A stretch of 63,823 bases of DNA, the filler included, from Choristocarpus tenellus KU-1152 (Eukaryota > Protista > Phaeophyceae): the NCBI GenBank assembly GCA_964200185.2. It is 8 parts of 8 records of this genome, joined end to end, with 100 filler letters (N's around TTAATTAATTAA, not from the genome) between each part and the next. Parts side by side here need not be neighbours in the genome. Positions count along the whole stretch, not along the records: positions 1 to 20,479 come from CAXNAD020000392.1; positions 20,580 to 31,973 come from CAXNAD020002340.1; 6 more parts are not named here. One strand, 5' to 3'. How positions within the stretch are numbered: the first letter of the stretch is position 1; the number at the start of each line of letters is the position of its first letter. Both the position numbers and the translations under genes were made by a program. Of this stretch, positions 15,001 through 27,049 are shown piece after piece. The notes beneath the pieces were generated by a model, which worked only from the letters and a program-made list of their open reading frames with translations, was not told the origin of the DNA and searched no databases.

Positions 15001-17833
15001 AATTGTGTGTGTAGGAGTGATGCCCATTGGCCAGGGGAGGGAGTTTAGCCCATAGTAGAGTCCTAGAGCAGTAGCATTATCCTGGAGTCACACATAGGGA
15101 GAGCATTCTGCTCGGTGTCTGGGTTCCGTTGCAAAATTCCTTTGGTGGTCTAATGGAAGAGTTATTCGCTTACATACAGGCAAGCACAGGTTGAGGGTCA
15201 CACCACCTTGCCCTTCCCCACAGGAAAAAATTCGCAACGACCAGTATGATCAGGCATACGATGATGAGATTTCCTGATACAATGCACCCCTGGGCAGCTC
15301 ACGGAGTATGGTCAAATGTGGCAGAGGGTAGCACTGAAAAAGCTCTCCGTATGGCAGGATTTAGCAGGCAAGAGAGGTCATTGTGATAATTGTGACTGCT
15401 GAATCCTTGGTGATTTGTGTTTTCTTTTTTTGTTTGCCTGTATTGTATGGTTTGTTGGAGACATTGTGCTTTGTTCGGTACTACGTGGATTCACTTTTGT
15501 GTCGGGTCTTACTTTTTTTTCTGTCAATGTTATGTGCTCTGTGGCACTCTGGGTAGTTGAAAGGAAACCTGCTGAGCTTCGAAGCCTCTGTTAACACTGC
15601 ACTGAACAAACTCCCTCCCCTCATTTCCATATCACGTCATCCCTGGGCTACAGGGTTCTAGACTCTATCTATGATCACCTCCAGTCAGACTATTTTAATA
15701 TACTCCCCTGTTCTGTAAGTTCAAGACATCACCACACCAATGCACCTGGGGACAGCTTTAGGCATGAGAAATCGGTTCATTCCCATGTGGAGCCAAAATC
15801 ATGGTACAGGTTTCTTTTGACAGTCCGTTGGAGTGGGAGAGTGTCTGTTCAAAAGCTCCCTTCACAGGCCAGGACACGAGCTAGGCTGGTTGAGTATAGC
15901 CGAGTCAACTATTTGCCTGAGAAGGTGCCACTCCCCTCCCCTCCCCTCCCGGACACATATGCATGGGCATGGATGTATTCCTCGAAGCCACACTACAAGT
16001 GCATTGATTGCTGGTAGAGGACCGACTTTGTAACAATCTCCAATCACACACTTGCCATGGTGCATTTGTGGTATTTCTTGTGAGCAGTTGACTGAAGAAA
16101 GTAGTCCTATTTTAAGTGTGACGCACCTGATCTCTATGACCATCAGGCTACTACCCTAGTGCTATCACACTTTTGTTGGGGGTTTTAGGGTTAGGGTATT
16201 TCCTTCCTTTTTTACAGGTGTGTGGTGCATAGTCCTCTCGTGATGGTGGTGAGGCTGTCAAAGCTCAAGGTACACCTTCTGTTGACCCTAGTGCCCTGAA
16301 AGGTGCAGTAGCAGTACACCACCATAGTCAAATGCTCTTTCTATGTTCTAGGGTTCTCATTTGTGTGGGGTCAGGTGTATTCGTGCTGTATTTTTTTTGT
16401 GCCACGAGACTTGAAAAAAAATAAGAAAAAAATAGTGAAAGATGCTCATCGGCTTGTTCTCCTTGGTAGTCTGATGAGTTGGGTGTCTTGTTTTGAAATG
16501 TAAATTGAAGTAATATTGTAGTGGGAGCTGTGTAATGACTGGAATTACTAAATGGAAATGAAAGGACTGTTAAACTGTTTCAGGGTGTATCATGGAAACA
16601 GGGGTTGGCTTGGCTTGGCAGGGTGTGTACATGCATAGAAGTTGTGGATATAGAAACTGAAATGGCATGCAGAGAGTAGTCAGTCAACAGTAGATGTTAA
16701 GATGAGTTGTCACAAATGGTCACAGCCGCCTAATCCTCAACCTATACCCCCTGTTGCATTCCTGCCCACTGAAAGGTGGGAGTGTTTGTAGCATACCTTA
16801 TGATCCGATGTTGCTGGGACTATTGGACAGATCTAGTACAACTCTCTGAGGGAGGATTTTCCAGTGGTGGGGAGGGGGGGTCTTGTAGAGGCGCACATGG
16901 ACAAGAGGAGACCTTGATGTGGCCACCCTGGGCTAGCATGAGTGCAGTTCTGAAGGGCTATTTTCACCTCTATGCTTCTACCAGACCATTCAACCGGAAG
17001 GTGAAGTTCTGCAATTGTTTCTGTAGGCTGTACTTTTTGTTTATTCAAACATGCTGATTGGTTGAGGACACTTGTGGTGGGTGGTGATGATTGGTCAACT
17101 GTCGATTGTGAAGAGCATGCGCTTTCAAGTCCTGTCTTCCTTAGTGAGCCATTGTGTTTTAACCCACCTTCTGCATTGGCGGTGCTCATCGACATGAGTT
17201 TCTGGGTACAAACAAGGCTTTGCTCTCTTTAAAGTGGAAATCGTCATAGGTGCGAAGTCTGTTGATTTGATTAATATGAAATAAATGGATCATTAAATAA
17301 AATATTAGTAAGAAGTTTTTTTCAAGTTTTGATGTATGGGGTGTGTGAAAACCTTGAGTAAATCTACTTTGTATTATTTGCTTGTCCAGTGTGTACTCAA
17401 TGGAGGGCATCTCATCTTCACATAAATGTGTCTCAAAGGAAAAGAGTAACTCCTGTATAATTGTAATTAATTGGTCGAAACCTATTTTTGTGTACTTCGA
17501 TAGTATCTGTTTGGAATGGCATTTGTCCCCCATGTTGCCTCCCTGATTCTTCAGTTTCGGGTACGTCAAAAAGTATGTGGGTGGAAGGTTAATAGACTAG
17601 TCCACCAATCAAATTGGTTAATGCTTGTGTGTGTACCTTTAGGTAAGTGGGTCATCCAGAGACAAGGATCTCATGATGAGCTGCAAAAACCCTTTCTGTC
17701 TTGCCCTTTCCCTCTATTCTTGATTTTCCTTGCTGAACTGTAGGACAACAGTGGGTTTTTACTTCATGCTCCTCAAGAGGTGAAAGGCAAGCTCATCAGT
17801 GCTGAAGACATACAAGATCAAATTGAGGAGCCA
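12001..17833 (+). CDS. Hypothetical multi-exon gene, possibly with an N-terminal F-box-like motif; boundaries uncertain
   Basis: 12001-12223 ends ...HDVLVTVFSFLE at a GT donor. A phase-consistent exon chain runs ~15075-15179, 15224-15253, 15298-15367, 15824-15924. Further exon-like segments lie near 16776-17000 and 17744-17833. Confidence 0.4.
13978..14153. mobile_element. MITE family B (~180 bp), complete
   Basis: TIRs ggctcaaagtatctg / cagatactttgagcc, with TTG on both flanks. Confidence 0.85.
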
Positions 17834-20395
17834 GGACTGTGCATCCCATGCAACCACAAAACATACAAGGAAGTCAAGGATGCTGCACTAGGCAAGGAGA
17901 GGGGAGGCAGGGCTTGGCCTTGGAAGGGTTGTACACTGCCTTGATGAGTGGGCATGGTTTTTGGCGAGGTACCCTAGAAAGACAAAATATTGCGCTTGGT
18001 GGTTTGGGTACACACACTGGGAACCCTCATATAGAACAAGCACATGACCTCTAGTACAACATTCTGTGGTTTTGTGTTTGTGGTTGAGGTTAGGTGCTTA
18101 GAGAAGTTACCCAGAGGCTGTTAATACTTGGTAAGGACTTGAGACAATTCAATGAGGATGGGGAGATGATTTCAATGTGCTCTGGATATCATACTTATCT
18201 TGGGGCAGTTTGACTATTTGTATGGAGTAGTAGTAGATGTGCACACTTATTTATTTTCATTTTTTGTAGTACACTATCTTTATGGAGTGTGAAAGCTGCC
18301 AGAAATATTCACACCTGGCCCTACGCAATTGTATTATTTGAAGGTCTTTTTAGGTAGCAGAATATGTTAGATCCACTTGTTACCAAAGGTGAGTACATAG
18401 AGCAATCTACAAGGACTATGTGTAGAGATAATTTATTGCTGTGCTAAACTGGTTCTTGATGTTCTCAAATGTACAAGTTTGTTTCCTGGCAATAGCAAAG
18501 ATGAAAATAAACAGAGTTCTATTTAATATTTCCTTTCCAAGGTTAATGCATGACTGTGCTCAAGAGTCCTACACTCATTTTATATACTCTAGTAGATATA
18601 TTACTACATAGTTCATTATTCCATAGTCAAACAGATGTGCAAGTGATGTCTCGCTGGCTCCCCCAACTTTTTATCCAATGATCCTGTATTCTTGTGTTTA
18701 ATCAGTAACTGATCTGGAAAAGGTCCTTGTTCATTGCATCATTTACAAAGAGCATAGTGAGATATAATTGCATTGTGCAGAGTCAGCTTTGAAAGGAACT
18801 CCTTTGTTTCTCTATAACCTAGTGGAAGATGATATGCAGAATGGTATCATTTACACAGCTACAGTGATAGTATCCATGGTATATTGGTTTTAATATATCC
18901 CAGGTTTTAAACCACTACAATCATGAAGGGTGTAGCCCTGAAGCAACCAGACAAAAAAAAAAATCGCCTTCAAGAAGTGCAATCATTAAAAAAAAATGTA
19001 ATAGGGAATGCCAACCACTGGAAGATGTTACCATAGGAATTACTCAGAAGCATGTCAAGGATGTGCAAACATTGATCCATATAAACATGGTTGTGAGAAC
19101 CAACTGCACTGAATTATTGCATACTCAACATAAATACATATGTGGCCTACTATTTAAAACAATTTTTTGTTGGTACCTTGTGGCTGTTTTGGTTGAACTT
19201 CATCTCCTGAACCTGCAAAACAAAAGATGATCAATGACCAACCAGTACATCCACAAAACCTCCGAAAGACTGCTTAATACACATCCCATGTATTTGAACA
19301 GATTGGTGTTGATGGTGAGTGTCCTCTATTTGTGTTGTTGGGTTCCATTGCTCATTCTAACAACACTGAAAAGGATACACAATGTGCAATGGCAATAGAT
19401 ACAACACAGAAAAAAAAAAGTACTTGGCAGATATCTTAGGCATCAAACTTCCATGGAGTTGCTCCACTTGAGGAGTCAGTTCCATTGCTCATGCTTGACA
19501 AAAGATGTAGTCTTTCATAAAGTGAGCAGTAGAAGATCTTACACAGATTAGTTTGGGTTTTTTAACAAGATGGGCTCCGGAGTACACGATCCTTAAATGA
19601 TTTTCGAAGAAATATTGTTGACAGTTCACTTGAAACACCACATTTGTCCAGGGTATTGGGGTAGCAAAGGAGTGACAACAACGTATTGTAGATGGCAATA
19701 CACACAGCCTTTCATGAGTCTAGATGCCACCCGGAACCAACACCTTCTATGAAAAACTCTACTGCCTACTCCTATGACAATTCTATAGATGGGCATGTCA
19801 AGAATTGTTCAGAGCACGATGTTATGTGAGAGGGAGTGGGAGCAAGTCTGATAACTAATGCCTATGTATCAACATTGAGGGACATGAAACCAACATACCA
19901 ATGATACAACCTACAACTCACAATAGAGCTAGCATCATACATACACTTCACCTCCCCATCCCCAACCGCCTCAACATTTTCATTATTCCCTTACACATCT
20001 GCTGCCATGATGACATGTACAAAGGGATGCAAATGGGGGTTGCTTCACAATTGTGTTATCTTTCTCAACATCAAATGTCACATCTGTCTATGGGGCGGTA
20101 ACTGCATTTACTTCTTTAATGTATACAAATGGTAGTCTACATCCAACTGGCAATCCTGTTATCACCACGGTTCAGCTCAAACACTTGCAGTACCTGGGTA
20201 ACATGCACACCCAAATTATCCTTGTGTGTGACCAACTGAGGAATCACCTGATCATGCTTGTTGCAAGTGCCACATGTTGCACAACACATAACCAAGAACA
20301 ATTCAGGTCTCAAAAGCAAACCACCATCATACTTACAGAAAACAGCTTAGAGCTCTTCATCACTTGAGCCTGTCAGTAGGAGAACTACGTAAGGT

Positions 20396-20479
20396 GGGTC
20401 AAAGTATCTGGGGGGGGGGGGGGTCTGGCATGCCGACTCCAGGGGTTGGGTGTTGAGGCTCATGCACTTGCCCCTTGTC
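20396..20479. mobile_element. MITE family B-type terminus, cut by contig end
   Basis: gggtcaaagtatctg followed by poly-G. Confidence 0.7.
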
Positions 20480-20579
20480 NNNNNNNNNNNNNNNNNNNNN
20501 NNNNNNNNNNNNNNNNNNNNNNNTTAATTAATTAANNNNNNNNNNNNNNNNNNNNNNNNNNNNNNNNNNNNNNNNNNNN
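20480..20579. other. Artificial contig linker
   Basis: N44-TTAATTAATTAA-N44, with stops in all six frames. Confidence 0.98.
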
Positions 20580-20670
20580 CGGATTTGAAATGTCAGCAAA
20601 AAAAAGAGTTACTTGACCGAAACGGACGCCCCCTCTCAAACCACCCCCCACCCCCCCAGATACTTTGACC
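20580..20670. mobile_element. MITE family B-type terminus at contig start
   Basis: Poly-C followed by cagatactttgaccc. Confidence 0.7.
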
Positions 20671-21499
20671 CTGCAATAAATTGAGAAAGCGGCATAAAGT
20701 GCAAAACGCCCCAAACCTGGATACCTCTCGTTTACTTCTTTATTTTGGGTTCTGTGTCTGACTGCACCACCTTTGCCACAAGCGCTGCATGCCTGTGTCG
20801 GATAGGAGAGTATCCTCCCTCCAGCCCCAAGAGGTGTAGAGACACTGGACACTCGACCCTAGTTTATTTGAGACAGACAATGCGCGTGTGAGAGTAGGAC
20901 AGCTTCCCATGGGAGTACATGCCACGTGCATGATGTGATCTGGAAGGAACCAGGAGGAAAAAAAAGGGAACCACTCAACCGATGAACAACATTACAATAT
21001 TGCCTAGAGCCCAGCACCTTGAGAGTAGCAATTCACTGCAAGGCAGGCAGGGAGTATAGAAGTATTTGCATCCATAAGAGCAGGAGCAAGGTATATGTCC
21101 TATTTGAGTGGCTCGATGCATTTAAGCCCCCCCCCCACTCAACCTTGAATTGTATTGCTTGAAGGGGTGAAGTCACAGGGTTGAAAATCTGCTTTGGTAG
21201 TTTATTTTTGGTATCATACTTAGTAGGAGAGTCTGAATATGACCCAGGTGGACTGGCCTGTGGTAGGCTAGTAGCTATTGGAATAGACATGTGGCGTACA
21301 GGCATAGTTATGATTTGGGTGAAGTGGAGATACCTCTAGAGCTGTTTCCCGACTCCCCCTTCCACCCTCGTAAGTATACTCTGTCTTAAAAGTATCCCAC
21401 TGTAATATCCAAGCTTTCTTTTTTTTTAGTGTACACCGACACATGTTGCCCCCGTTTGTGTCTTTCTGGTGTTGTGCATTTTTGCCCACATCTGTTACA

Positions 21500-21750
21500 G
21501 CACACTACAGAAGCTTACCTCCACAGGATGTATAGCTCCAATCTACAGACCTATAGATGATACTGATGCACGTATAGGACTCCTGATCCAAGTAGGCCGT
21601 ATCTCTCACTTGGATTATCATCAATATCATCGTATAAAAAGGTTAGTAAATAAATAGTCAAAAAGTACAAATATATCCAATCTAGGACTTCAAGGTCGTA
21701 ATGGTGTTTATGAAACCGCCATCAAGACATATCGCCTGTAACATATTACG
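21500..21750 (+). repeat. Dispersed repeat, inverted homolog of ~23735-24060
   Basis: tttatgaaaccgccatcaagacatatcgc and ggactcctgatc...tctcacttggattat match the reverse complement of the second region. Confidence 0.75.
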
Positions 21751-21869
21751 TTGCTTGTATGTTGGTTGTAGTGTGTGCTGTTTAGAGGCAGTACCTAAGG
21801 TTGGGTATTTAGTCGTTGTGGACACTATTGGTTGGTGTGTCAAAGACTTCCATTTCCAATATCTCTTTT

Positions 21870-22049
21870 GGTCCAAAGTATCTGGGGGGGGGGGGTAGAG
21901 GCTGTCCACTTAAAGTCAATTTTTTCTTGTTGTGATTTTTGTGTGATTTGGTTGCATACGTGGGATAGACAATGTAAATGCAAGTTTTCTGATTTTGGTC
22001 CAAAAGGACACCCTGGTGTAGACCCTCCCCCCCCCAGATACTTTGGGTC
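21870..22049. mobile_element. MITE family B, complete
   Basis: ggtccaaagtatctg ... cagatactttgggtc with T-run flanks; interior is the reverse complement of the 13978 copy. Confidence 0.88.
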
Positions 22050-22556
22050 TTTTTCGTTCGTTGCCTTCTTTCCCTCTCTGGTTTCGTTGTTTTATGTAAG
22101 TCCGTGATATGTTCCTTCCCCATAGGTATTTTCTCTTCGAGACACGTGTGTATGCCGTAAATATATAGCGTGATGTTCAATAAATGACACAATAAATCAA
22201 AAAAACAATTTTCTCACTCCTTCAAATAATGACAAGCAGTAGGGGTTGGTCTAAAAGGAAAAAAATCATGGCAATCGTTGACAGGCAACAACAAGGCCAC
22301 AAGGAGGATTGGCAAACACTCGCTACTATTAACTAATGTTACGATTGTTATTTTGCAACTAGATGGGGACAACCCATGGACGAAAAACATAAATTTTATA
22401 TTTCATGCACTTATTTCAGAGTTCCGATGCATTACGCCTCCACTTACAGAAAGTAAGAAGAAATTCACCTATTTACTCTGCATAGCCTGACTCAGCTACA
22501 CTACCCGAGGATTGAAGCAAGATATTTAGCACGGAAGTAAGATGCGCTATTATTAT

Positions 22557-22816
22557 GAGCCAAAGTATCTTAGAGGGTAGAGCCGCGTCCATTTGGAGTC
22601 CAAAATCCAATGTTGGAATTTTTATGTAATTTTGGCTATTGTGTATGTTAGGAAGTGTTAATATCCTTGTTCCGGACAAACCTTTTCATAACGTGCATAT
22701 TTTACCTACCCAGAAACATTTTGGAGTAGGAAAATGAAATAAAAAGAGACCATCAGAATCCAAATCCCAAATGGACAAACAGGGGAAACCTCGTACCCTC
22801 TAAGACACTTTCACTC
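22557..22816. mobile_element. MITE family A (~260 bp), complete
   Basis: Imperfect TIRs gagccaaagtatcttagagggta / taccctctaagacactttcactc; TSD TTAT. Confidence 0.9.
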
Positions 22817-23734
22817 TTATATCATTTTCTTTCATGAATTAACACCATGAACGAATTCTGGGGACATACATTTTTCCATTTTTCATTAGGGCAACTCTGT
22901 TCCTAGACTAACGGCGATTGAGTAGTAGAGCAAAGAGACTCATTAATCATACAAACTACGGGTGTTACAGAGCAACTGACCCCCAAACATTGTCCTAGCA
23001 ACCAACTTTGTGGAGCAGATGTGCCCAAACGTTGTATTAGATAATGGACGTTACAGGTTGAATATAGCAGAACTTTTCAAGAGAAAGCTAGAGTTGAGAA
23101 TAATGTTGTCCTATATGCGATTAATACACTTCAAATCTGGAGTTGGTAGTCGACCCCGTGGGTAGTAACGTTTCTCTGTAACATACACATTCACTCGAAA
23201 TGGTCTTAGTTGGGTTTACAGGTCATTCCACCCTCCCATTTCATTGCGGTTAGGGAAGTGCTGCACAAGTTTCGAGGGAGGAATCAGAGTAGAAAAGCAT
23301 GGGATGGCTAAACCCAGCGAGCAAGGATATGCAAGGCATGTACGTGGAGTGCAATGTAATTATTTGTAGTGTAAAACAGTCAAAACGTCGTAAATAAAGA
23401 TGATTTGTGTATTGTATAGTTCTTCTTACCATGGGGCGAAACTGTGTAGGGTCGAGCCAGGTTCCTAGTCCCAGATTAAAGAGTAGATAGAGTAATCATT
23501 ATATAACCATAGCATATATACGATGGGCGATATATTAGAGTTTACTCCGAGCACTTAATAGTCCCCATCTAAGAGTGAAACAATGTCGGGTTCAGACTCT
23601 CAGTGCTTCTTACTCTGAAAATCTAACCAATTGCAGTTTTGTTTTATTGAACACACAATATTATTGGGTACTCTAGAGGACGAGATTATCCTCAGAAGTT
23701 CCACAATATTGTACAGGCTGTTTGGGAGTAGGAA

Positions 23735-24060
23735 AATGTGTTACATGCGATATGTCCTGATGGCGGTTTCATAAACTCCGTTCTGACCTTGCGTCCTAGA
23801 CTATATATATTTGTACTTCTTGGTTTATTTTTTATATTTGTCATTGTGGTCTCCAATTGAGATAAGGACATCGTTGACCAGTTCCTTTTTATACCATGAT
23901 AATTATACATATGAAGGGAATAATCCAAGTGAGAAATCTATCATACTCGACGACTTGTGATCAGGAGTCCTGTACGTACATCAGCTCCATCTGTAGGCTT
24001 GTGGCCTGGAGCTATAAGGATCTGTACCATCTCTGTTCTTTTTCCCGCACATATCGGGCG
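23735..24060 (-). repeat. Dispersed repeat, inverted homolog of ~21500-21750
   Basis: gcgatatgtcctgatggcggtttcataaa and taatccaagtgaga...gatcaggagtcc match the first region. Confidence 0.75.
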
Positions 24061-24212
24061 ATAAAGAAGGCGACTTTGGCCTCTTTATGAGAGGCAAATG
24101 GACACATACTGGGAAAATGCTTCTCAGGGTTGTTGCACGATGACTACTCTGCTGACCGTGATCTCCTGTACCCTGTACTAGTCAGTTTTGGAGTAGCTGA
24201 TGAGAAGATTAT

Positions 24213-24471
24213 GAGTGAAAATATCTTAGAGGGTACGAGTTTTGCCCTGTTTGTCCATTTGGGGCTTGGCTTCCCATGGGTTCTTTTTAAACATTTTCCA
24301 ACTCCAAAATGGTTCAGAGTAGGTAAAATGTGTACATTACGAAAAGGTGTGACTGAAACAGGGATATTGACACTTCCTGACAAACACGATAGCCAAAATC
24401 CCATCAAAATCTCAACATTGGATTTTGGTCTCCAAATGAACACAGCTCTACCCTCCAAGATACTTTGGCTC
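24213..24471. mobile_element. MITE family A, complete
   Basis: gagtgaaaatatcttagaggg ... ccctccaagatactttggctc, with TAT on both flanks. Confidence 0.9.
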
Positions 24472-24535
24472 TATGTCCACCATCCGCCAGACCTATGTTG
24501 GATCGTGAGTATGTGTCCGAGAGGATATATGTATA

Positions 24536-24892
24536 TTGGTTAGCCAAGGCCTTAGTCAATTGGGTGTTCTTGCCCCCTTCCTCCTCGACATCTTCTTTAC
24601 TGCAGTGCCAAGCATGGCGAATATAGATCTTAATGCTGACCAACTAATCTCAAAGGACCATATTGTCATCAAGGAAAGTGTGAGGAACAACAAGGTCAAG
24701 GGAGGAGGAAAGACAAGGAGTGGGGTATCATTTACTTGATTGAGCAGCAAAGAATATCCTCTCTGTGACAGTGATGCGGGCAATGTGTCCAAGACTTATG
24801 GATGTCTGCCCAGAATGATGACAAGTGATTGCAAAGGTGATTAGGGCATCTTGGTTGATCGTGCCTGAGTTGAAGACAAAGACCATGTGCCT
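24536..24892 (+). pseudogene. Degenerate reverse transcriptase fragment of an RTE-type non-LTR retrotransposon
   Basis: QGLSQLGVLAPFLLDIFF resembles QGLRQGCVLAPLLFNIFF. After frameshifts, LCDSDAGNVS...MM...IVPELKTKTMC resembles LYADDAGVVS...VSEAKTEIMC. Confidence 0.8.
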
Positions 24893-25105
24893 TTGACCTC
24901 CCAATAAAATTTCAGGTATTACGCAGATCTCGTTTTTTGGTTAGAGTTGTAGGTAGAGTGGAATAGTTTGTTTGCGTCAAACGTAGCACAATTAATTGTG
25001 CTGATGATTCCAAACAAGTCAGTAAATCGGTTCAAAAAGCCTGTAGTTACTTCCCTTGAGTGCTGGCAGGTGACGTATTACAGAACTCAGATATTTGAAT
25101 GCTCG

Positions 25106-25364
25106 GAATAAAAGTGTCTTAGAAGGTATATCCTCGTCCATTTGGGGGAAAAAATCCAATGTTCCGATTTTGATGTAGTTTTGACTATCGTGTTTGTTAG
25201 GAAATGTCAATATCCATGTTCCAGACATACCTTTTCACAATATACATATCTTACCTACTCCGAAATGTCTCGGAGTAGGAAAATGTCATAAAGAAACCCG
25301 TGGGAAGTCAAGCCCCAAATGGACAAAAAGGGCAAAAATCGTGCCCTATAAGATGCTTTCACTC
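25106..25364. mobile_element. MITE family A, diverged
   Basis: Colinear with the 22557 copy and ends ...gctttcactc; no clean TSD. Confidence 0.85.
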
Positions 25365-26650
25365 TCAAAGCTTAAGTACTCGGGGTTCTAAAGCATGATG
25401 GCTTAGCACAGACACTCCGTCAGGTCCACCATGTGAGGCTTTGTCCTCACCGCCACGAGTTCCTTCTTTTACACTACATCAGGTATCGCAAGGGGGAATA
25501 CACCAACCACTCTTTGTCTTGTCAGTGTGATAGTATTGCAGCGACACTGAGAAAGTAGAGGCAGTTGTTTGCTGTATCGGTTGCACGCTTGGGTGAAGAT
25601 TGAGTATCGAAGGTTATTACGTTCGGGGAACTTGGAGATAGAAAACGGAAGAAAGGTGGGCAGGAGAAATAGTGGTGGATATGTCTCCAAGGCGACCTTG
25701 ATAAGCTTAAAATATGGTCAAGGAGTGGTACGAGTGCAACACCCCCATAATGATGGCGCGAGTATGTGGTTGAGATGGAACCAAGAGCTTCATGGATGAG
25801 TGGAATACAAGAGAAGCTGAAATATCTGTGACATACGCCATGCTAAGGCAACAGTCAAGGCAGCTACAATAGATCAGGGTACATAAACACTCACCATCGC
25901 CTGCTGAATTGCTTTTCTCATTGGCCTCTCTCCTTCGGGTTGACTGTTCAGGCATTCCTCTTTTTTCTGTACGATATGTGATGAGTGGTGTCCAGGTTGG
26001 AGCCCGAATGTGATATTTGATTTTAATCCTTTTTCCTACAGGACCGGGAGATGTTATTGACGTTAATGACGCCTTGACTCAGCTATTAGCCGATAGTACG
26101 TGGTACCTGGGTTTGTTAAGTTATACCCTTTAGCTACACTAAGACTTTTCCCTTTCTTTTTCTTCTTCTCCTTGTCCAAGAAGTTTGTGTATTCTCAAGT
26201 ATTATTGAAATATTTTGCACGAGTGTCAGTTCCACATTGCTTAGATGGACCCGAAATTGTTGTTTGAATGATCTTCTCGCCCAATATCTGTAATAAGATT
26301 CCTATGGTGTGTTGAACGGTAACTCTTTGACGTATCTTGTATTTCCATAAGTGTCAGTTCCACATTGCTTGTATGGATCCAAAGTCGTTGGTTGATCGTT
26401 ATACCGATCCCATAACCGCCAATATCCATATGATACCAATAGTGTCTTAAGCGACAATATATTGAAGTATTTTGCACAACTGTCTGTTACGCGTTGCTTC
26501 AATGACTCCAAAACTGTGTTTGACTGTCTGACCCGTCCAGTATCCGTAAGAGACCAGTGGTGACTTGAGTGACAAAACATTTGGGGAGTTTTGCAAAAGT
26601 GTCGGATACGCATTGCTAGGATGAATCCTAACCGTTGTCTGACCGCGTTT

Positions 26651-26908
26651 GAGTGAAAGTATCTTAGAGAGATGAGCTTTGCCCTGTTTGTCCGTTTGGG
26701 GTTTGCCTTCCCACGGTTTTTTAATGATATTTTACCTACTCCGAAATGTTTTGGAGTAGGTAAAATGTATACATTATGAAAGGGTGTGTCCGGAACAAGG
26801 ATATTGACACTTCCTAACAAACATGATAGCCAAAATTACATCAAAATTGCAACTTTGGATTTTGGCCTCGAAATGGATGCGGCTCTACCCTCTGAGATAC
26901 TCTGACTC
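26651..26908. mobile_element. MITE family A, complete
   Basis: gagtgaaagtatc ... gatactctgactc; TSD GTTT. Confidence 0.9.
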
Positions 26909-27049
26909 GTTTCGCCCACCCCATGACCGTCCAATGTCCATAAGAGACCAACGTTCCTCGAGTGACAGCATTTTGAGGCACTTTGCGTGAGTGCCAGCTA
27001 CACATTTGCTTGGGATGGATCCAAAACCGTTCTTTGACTGTTTCACTCA

